From positions 1-35,971 of the forward strand of contig NZ_JAJQXW010000006.1 of the NCBI RefSeq assembly GCF_021246445.1: a stretch of DNA of 35,971 bases, in the 5' to 3' direction. Positions 30,835 through 35,971 of the stretch are shown here, piece after piece. Made by a program: the position numbers and the translations under genes. The notes under the pieces were generated by a model. That model ran no database searches, had not been told where the DNA came from, and saw nothing but the letters and a program-made list of their open reading frames with translations. How positions within the stretch are numbered: position 1 is the stretch's first letter; each line of letters starts with the position of its first letter. Source of the stretch: Rhabdothermincola salaria. GTDB lineage: Bacteria > Actinomycetota > Acidimicrobiia > Acidimicrobiales > Acidimicrobilacustridaceae.

Positions 30835-32171
30835 CAGCGATCGACCTCGCCGAGGATCGGGTCGACCGACGAGATGATGGCCACCCCGTCGGCGATCAGG
30901 CCCTCGTGCATCATGTGGGGGAGGGCCTGGAGGTTCACGAAGCTCGGGGCCCGGACGTGCATGCGGTAGGGGTTCGGGGAGCCGTCGCTCACGATGTAGC
31001 AGCCGAGCTCGCCACGCGGGCTCTCCACGGAGACGTAGGCCTCGCCCTCGGGCACCTTGAAGCCCTCGGTGAAGATCTTGAAGTGGTGGATGAGCGCCTC
31101 CATCGATTCGTCGATGCGGGCGCGGGGCGGCGGCGTGACCTTCTTGTCCTGGATCCGGTAGTCGCCCTTGGGCATGCGCTCGAGGCACTGGCGCACGATC
31201 TTCATCGACTCGCGGATCTCGGCCAGGCGGATGGCGTAGCGGTCGAAGCAGTCGCCGTAGCTGCCGACGACGACGTCGAAGTCGACCTGGTCGTAGGCCA
31301 GGTAGGGCAGGTCGCGGCGCAGGTCCCAGGCGTAGCCGGTGGAGCGCAGGATCGGGCCGGTGACCCCGAGGGTGAGGCACTCCTCCGCACTGATCACGCC
31401 GATGCCCTGGAGGCGCTCCTGCCAGATCGGCTGGTTCGACATGAGCGTCTCGTACTCGTCGAGGCGCTCGGGGAGCAGGTCGAGCAGGCGCTCCACGCCG
31501 CCGTGCCACCCGTCGGGCAGGTCGGCGGCCACGCCGCCGGGGCGGATGTAGTTGTGGTTCATCCGCAGGCCGGTGACCTCCTGGAGGAACCGCAGCGCCT
31601 CTTCGCGCTCGCGCCAGCCGTACAGCATCATCGACACCGCACCGAGGTCCATGCCGTTGGTCGCCATGAACAGCAGGTGCGAGGACATCCGGTTCAGCTC
31701 GGTCATGAGCATTCGGATCCACACCGCCCGCTCGGGGACCTCGATGTCGAGGAGCTTCTCGACGGTGAGCGAGAACGCCAGCTCGGTGAACAACGGCGCG
31801 GCGTAGTCCATGCGGGTGACGTTGGTGGGGCCCTGGAGGTAGGTGAGCTCCTCGCCGGTGCGCTCCATGCCCGTGTGCAGGTAGCCGATGATCGGCTTGC
31901 AGCGCAGGACGGTCTCGCCGCGCAGCTCGAGCATGAGGCGCAGCACCCCATGGGTGCTGGGGTGCTGGGGCCCCATGTTGATGAGCATGGTCTCGCCGTC
32001 GGGGGACGGCTGGGACTGGAGGTCGGCGGCCTCGGTCTCGGACAGACGCAGGACGGCGCCGAGCTCGCGCAGCCGTTCGGCGGCGTCGAGCACGTCGCGA
32101 GGTTGCATCTCCTGACCTCCCTCGGAGGTCTGGGCGACGTTGGCCGCGGGGGCGTCGTGGGTGGTGCTCAT
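30834..32171 (-). CDS. nuoD: NADH-quinone oxidoreductase subunit D
   Basis: NMGPQHPSTHGVLR, GYLHTGMER, TRMDY, MEALIHHFK, ESPRGE and SSVDPILGEVDR. Confidence 0.96.
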   Translation of the reverse strand: MSTTHDAPAANVAQTSEGGQEMQPRDVLDAAERLRELGAVLRLSETEAADLQSQPSPDGETMLINMGPQHPSTHGVLRLMLELRGETVLRCKPIIGYLHTGMERTGEELTYLQGPTNVTRMDYAAPLFTELAFSLTVEKLLDIEVPERAVWIRMLMTELNRMSSHLLFMATNGMDLGAVSMMLYGWREREEALRFLQEVTGLRMNHNYIRPGGVAADLPDGWHGGVERLLDLLPERLDEYETLMSNQPIWQERLQGIGVISAEECLTLGVTGPILRSTGYAWDLRRDLPYLAYDQVDFDVVVGSYGDCFDRYAIRLAEIRESMKIVRQCLERMPKGDYRIQDKKVTPPPRARIDESMEALIHHFKIFTEGFKVPEGEAYVSVESPRGELGCYIVSDGSPNPYRMHVRAPSFVNLQALPHMMHEGLIADGVAIISSVDPILGEVDR

Positions 32172-32190
32172 CGGGCAGATACCGCCTGGT

Positions 32191-32730
32191 TCACCGGTTG
32201 GCCGGTGCAGCTTTGAACTGCACGGGGATGCGGCCGGCGTCGTAGTCCTTGCGCAACGGGTGACCGACCCAGTCCTCCGGCATGAGGATGCGGGTGAGGT
32301 CGGGGTGGTCGGTGAAGGCGACGCCGAACATGTCGTAGGCCTCTCGCTCCATGGCCTCGGTGCCGGCGTAGAGGTCGAAGAGCGACGGGGCGACCGGTTC
32401 GGATTCGGGCACCTGGACCCGGACCCGGACCCGCTCTCGCCGGGCGTGGCTCAAGAGGTTGACCACGACCTCGAAGCGCTCGGGGTCGATGCCGGGCGCA
32501 AGGGCACGACCCGGGTGGGCGAGGTAGTCGACGACGGTGAGGTCGATGCAGACCAGGAAGCCCTCGTCGTGGAGCGCCTCGATCAGGGGCCGGTACTGCT
32601 CGAGACCGGTGTGGAGCACGGCCTGGCCGTGCGACCAGATGAGCGGTGCGCCGTGGCGCGTCTCGGGTTCGTCGACCGCGGTCGCCTCGTCGGCGCCCTC
32701 GGGACCTTCGGTGGTCTCGTCGTCCGCCAC
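32191..32730 (-). CDS. nuoC: NADH-quinone oxidoreductase subunit C
   Basis: RFEVVVNLLS and EREAYDMFGVAFTDHPDLTRILMPEDWVGHPLRKDY. Confidence 0.95.
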   Translation of the reverse strand: MADDETTEGPEGADEATAVDEPETRHGAPLIWSHGQAVLHTGLEQYRPLIEALHDEGFLVCIDLTVVDYLAHPGRALAPGIDPERFEVVVNLLSHARRERVRVRVQVPESEPVAPSLFDLYAGTEAMEREAYDMFGVAFTDHPDLTRILMPEDWVGHPLRKDYDAGRIPVQFKAAPANR

Positions 32731-32732
32731 GA

Positions 32733-33320
<588 letters not shown>

Positions 33321-33788
33321 CTACGCGGCCTCCCCACTGGTGACGGGCTCGCGGCCCTCGGTGCCCACTCGCCGGATGGTGCTGGTGATCGACCGGGCCG
33401 GCGAGACGAGCGGTGACGTGCGCACCCGCTGGATGGGACCCCAGTCGAGGGCGCCGTTGCCGATGAGGTAGACGAACGACTCGAAGACGGCGGCCACGAA
33501 GATGACGATCGCAACGATGCCGTAGCCGCCGAGCTCGCGGTACACGACGGCGTACGGGAACAAGAACACGATCTCGATGTCGAAGACGATGAAGATCATG
33601 GCCACGAGGAAGAACTTCACCGGGAAGCGCTCCGGCGGGTCGACGCTGGGGACGATGCCGCACTCGTAGGGCGCCGACTTGGGCACCGACGGGCTACGGG
33701 GAGCCAGCAGCCTCGACGCCACTCGGCTGAGCCCGGCGAACAGCAGGGCCAGCACCAGCATGGCGAAGATGGGGAGGTACTGGCCCAT
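33321..33788 (-). CDS. nuoA: NADH-quinone oxidoreductase subunit A
   Basis: KSAPYECG, RFPVKFFLVAMIFIVFDIEIVFLFPYA and GALDW. Confidence 0.95.
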   Translation of the reverse strand: MGQYLPIFAMLVLALLFAGLSRVASRLLAPRSPSVPKSAPYECGIVPSVDPPERFPVKFFLVAMIFIVFDIEIVFLFPYAVVYRELGGYGIVAIVIFVAAVFESFVYLIGNGALDWGPIQRVRTSPLVSPARSITSTIRRVGTEGREPVTSGEAA

Positions 33789-33791
33789 GGC

Positions 33792-34736
33792 TCAGGCGTC
33801 CTTCGAGGCGGCCTCGGCGGCGGCCTTGTTCTTCATCAGGGTCTTGTCACGGCTGTGCAGGACCCAGGCGAACAGGACGAACAACGACGTCGAGATCACG
33901 AAGTAGAGGAAGGGCAGGAGCCGCACGCTGCCGAGATCACGGACCATGACGACCGAGACGACCGGCGCGTCGGGGTCGACCTCGGGCAGGGGCGGGGCCT
34001 CACCCTCGACCGGCGTCTGCTCGATGACGGCCTGCACCTGCACGATGGCGTAGTGGGTGGGGTGGGTGAACTGGAAGCTCTTGCGCACCCGGTACCAGGC
34101 CCGGCACAGCGCACCGTCGTCGGGGCAGGCCTCGGCCCGGGTCTGCTTGCCGCCGAAGGAGAACGTGTCGAGGCGCTCGAACTCCGTGGGGCCACCGAAG
34201 TAGCCGGCGTCGACGAGGGCCACCTCGGCGGCCGCCTGGGCCTCACCGGCGGCGCTCGGGGAGATGATGCGCCAGCCGTTGAGGGCCTCTTCGTCGAGGT
34301 ACTGCTCGAGGAGCTCGGGATGCGACGTGGTCAACTCCGAGATGAGGAACCCGTTGGGGTACTCCTCGGAGAGCTCGGGGTTCTCGGCCAGGATCCGGTC
34401 GGCCTGGGGCAGGTCTTCGGGCTGGGGCAGCTGCTCGGCCGCGTCGGTGCGTGGTGTCTCCGGGCCGTCGACGTAGATCTCGACGGCTTGCCACGACGGG
34501 TTCTCGCCTCGCGGCCCGATGGCCGGGGGCATCAGCCACCAGATGAAGGTGAGGATGACCATCCAGCCGGCCAAGCCGGCGAGCGACAGCAGCAGGCCCA
34601 GGCGGGCGCCCACGTTGGTGCCGAGCAGCAGGTAGACCGACCCGCACAGCACGCCTACGCCGACGACCACGATGAGGATGCCACGGATGCCCGGGTCCCA
34701 GGCGAGGCCGGCGAAGAGGTTGACGGTGGCAAGCAT
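33792..34736 (-). CDS. Uncharacterised membrane protein (2 N-terminal TM helices, acidic soluble domain, 1 C-terminal TM)
   Basis: ATG 34736 (MLATVNLFAGLAWDPGIRG). Hydrophobic segments GILIVVVGVGVLCGSVYLLL, LGLLLSLAGLAGWMVILTFIWW and LLPFLYFVISTSLFVLFAWVL. Tightly packed between the cytochrome c gene and nuoA. Confidence 0.8.
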   Translation of the reverse strand: MLATVNLFAGLAWDPGIRGILIVVVGVGVLCGSVYLLLGTNVGARLGLLLSLAGLAGWMVILTFIWWLMPPAIGPRGENPSWQAVEIYVDGPETPRTDAAEQLPQPEDLPQADRILAENPELSEEYPNGFLISELTTSHPELLEQYLDEEALNGWRIISPSAAGEAQAAAEVALVDAGYFGGPTEFERLDTFSFGGKQTRAEACPDDGALCRAWYRVRKSFQFTHPTHYAIVQVQAVIEQTPVEGEAPPLPEVDPDAPVVSVVMVRDLGSVRLLPFLYFVISTSLFVLFAWVLHSRDKTLMKNKAAAEAASKDA

Positions 34737-34741
34737 CGGGG

Positions 34742-35869
34742 TCACAGGCTCCGCTCGTATTCGACGACGGCCGCGATCTGCTCCTGGGTGAGCATCACCT
34801 GGTCGGGGCTCAGCCGGGCCGTCTCGGGATCGATGGCGTTGGGGTTGGCCCCGAAGCCGGGCATGGCCCCCTCGGAGAGGCCGAACTGGCCGTAGGCCGT
34901 ACCAAACGGCTGGTAGTTGGTGACGAAGTCGATCTGGCTCTGCGCCGTGGGGAACTGGCGCAGGGTGGAACCGCCGGTGAGGTTGGGGCCCATGGCTCCG
35001 CCACCGGGAACCTGGGGCTCGCCGTAGGACCAGCCCTTGGTGTGGCAACGCCCACAGGAGTAGGAGCCGCCGGCGAAGCCGTCGTAGAGGCCGAGGTTGA
35101 AGATGGCCTCACCGAGGGTCTCGTAACGCACGCTGCCACCGGGACTGGCGGGGTCGTTCGTCGTGCAATTGCCGTCGGCGTCGGGGGCGCAGACCGTCTC
35201 GATCTGCTCGTCGACGGCGGCGCGGGCCTCCTCGGCGCTGAGCTGGATGCTGAAGAGGTAGTCGACGATGTTGTCGAGCTGTTGGTCGGTGAGCGGACCT
35301 CCGCCCTCGGCTCCCCACGCCGGCATGGGCGAGAACGCACGGCCGTAGATCAGGATCGACTTGACCTCTTCGGCGGTGTAGCGGAACAGCACGTCGTCGA
35401 GCGACGGCGCCTTCCAGCTGACGCTGGCGATGAAGTCGCCGTTGTCGCCCGTGAGCGTGAAGTTGGCCACGCCCCCCACACCTTCGGGGCCGTGGCACGA
35501 GGCGCACTGCGCGCCGTTGACGTAGAGGTCTTCACCGCGGGAGACGAAGACCTCCTCGAAGTTGGCCACCGCGTCCTCCTGGCGACCGGGTTCGGCCAGC
35601 CAGTACAGCGGCAGGGTGACACCGATGACGGCGAGGGTGGCCAGACCCAGCCCGAGGGTGCGATCGAGCTTCTTGGTCTCGAGCTCCTCGTCGTCCATGT
35701 AGGGACGGCGGTTGGCGGCGAGCTCGAGCTCCGAGCCGACCTCGGCCCGGCCCTTGCGCATGTTGACGATGACTCCGATGCCGAAGCCGACGATGAGGAC
35801 GATGGCGACGATGATGCCGATCGTGCGCTGGGTGTTGGCCAGCACGACGGTCGCGAGAAGGTTCGACAT
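34742..35869 (-). CDS. Membrane-anchored diheme c-type cytochrome
   Basis: Two N-terminal TM helices. CASCH (35506-35492) with a distal SPMPAWG Met, and CGRCH (35056-35042) with a GAMPGFG Met. ATG 35869 overlaps the upstream TGA. Confidence 0.9.
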   Translation of the reverse strand: MSNLLATVVLANTQRTIGIIVAIVLIVGFGIGVIVNMRKGRAEVGSELELAANRRPYMDDEELETKKLDRTLGLGLATLAVIGVTLPLYWLAEPGRQEDAVANFEEVFVSRGEDLYVNGAQCASCHGPEGVGGVANFTLTGDNGDFIASVSWKAPSLDDVLFRYTAEEVKSILIYGRAFSPMPAWGAEGGGPLTDQQLDNIVDYLFSIQLSAEEARAAVDEQIETVCAPDADGNCTTNDPASPGGSVRYETLGEAIFNLGLYDGFAGGSYSCGRCHTKGWSYGEPQVPGGGAMGPNLTGGSTLRQFPTAQSQIDFVTNYQPFGTAYGQFGLSEGAMPGFGANPNAIDPETARLSPDQVMLTQEQIAAVVEYERSL

Positions 35870-35970
35870 CAATGGGATCCGGCTCCTACGCAGTGGGGTC
35901 CTTCGGCTTCCTGGCCGGTGGTGTTGACCCCGATCGGGGCACCCTGGATGATCATGCCGGTGTTCACGGT
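35869..35970 (-). CDS. 3' end of an upstream gene, probably the Rieske Fe-S subunit of a bc-type complex (partial)
   Basis: Manual translation TVNTGMIIQGAPIGVNTTGQEAEGPHCVGAGSH*, with its stop overlapping the cytochrome c ATG (TGATG). It resembles, from memory, the C-terminal tail of Acidimicrobiia Rieske proteins. The Fe-S motifs would lie outside the window. Confidence 0.6.
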   Translation of the reverse strand, partial: TVNTGMIIQGAPIGVNTTGQEAEGPHCVGAGSH

Positions 35971-35971
35971 G

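Overview
High-GC (~70%) actinobacterial core-genome window. The gene set and protein style suggest class Acidimicrobiia (inference). About 29 kb on the minus strand is one respiratory supercluster, read right to left: the 3' end of a probable Rieske Fe-S gene, a membrane-anchored diheme cytochrome c, an uncharacterised membrane protein, a complete 14-gene nuoA-N complex I operon, a second complete 11-gene complex I-like operon (nuoABCDHIJKLMN, no nuoEFG) with its own candidate promoter/operator, and a MidA/NDUFAF7-type SAM methyltransferase. Further left are acs, a HAD phosphatase, a nested repeat patch, yajQ, tRNA-Tyr, a PAT/YncA-like GNAT, a membrane-anchored degenerate YhaN/SMC-like ATPase, tRNA-Thr, a CAT-anticodon tRNA and the 5' end of tuf. 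The tuf and Rieske fragments are missing from the ORF track. Main observations: (1) the MidA homologue lies 18 nt behind the operon whose NuoD keeps the methylatable Arg (HRG), while the 14-subunit NuoD has HTG; (2) that NuoD2 has a remodelled quinone site (Tyr to Trp, Asp to Gln); (3) a Rex/CRP-like palindrome overlaps the nuoA2 promoter. No mobile element, integrase or CRISPR array was seen.
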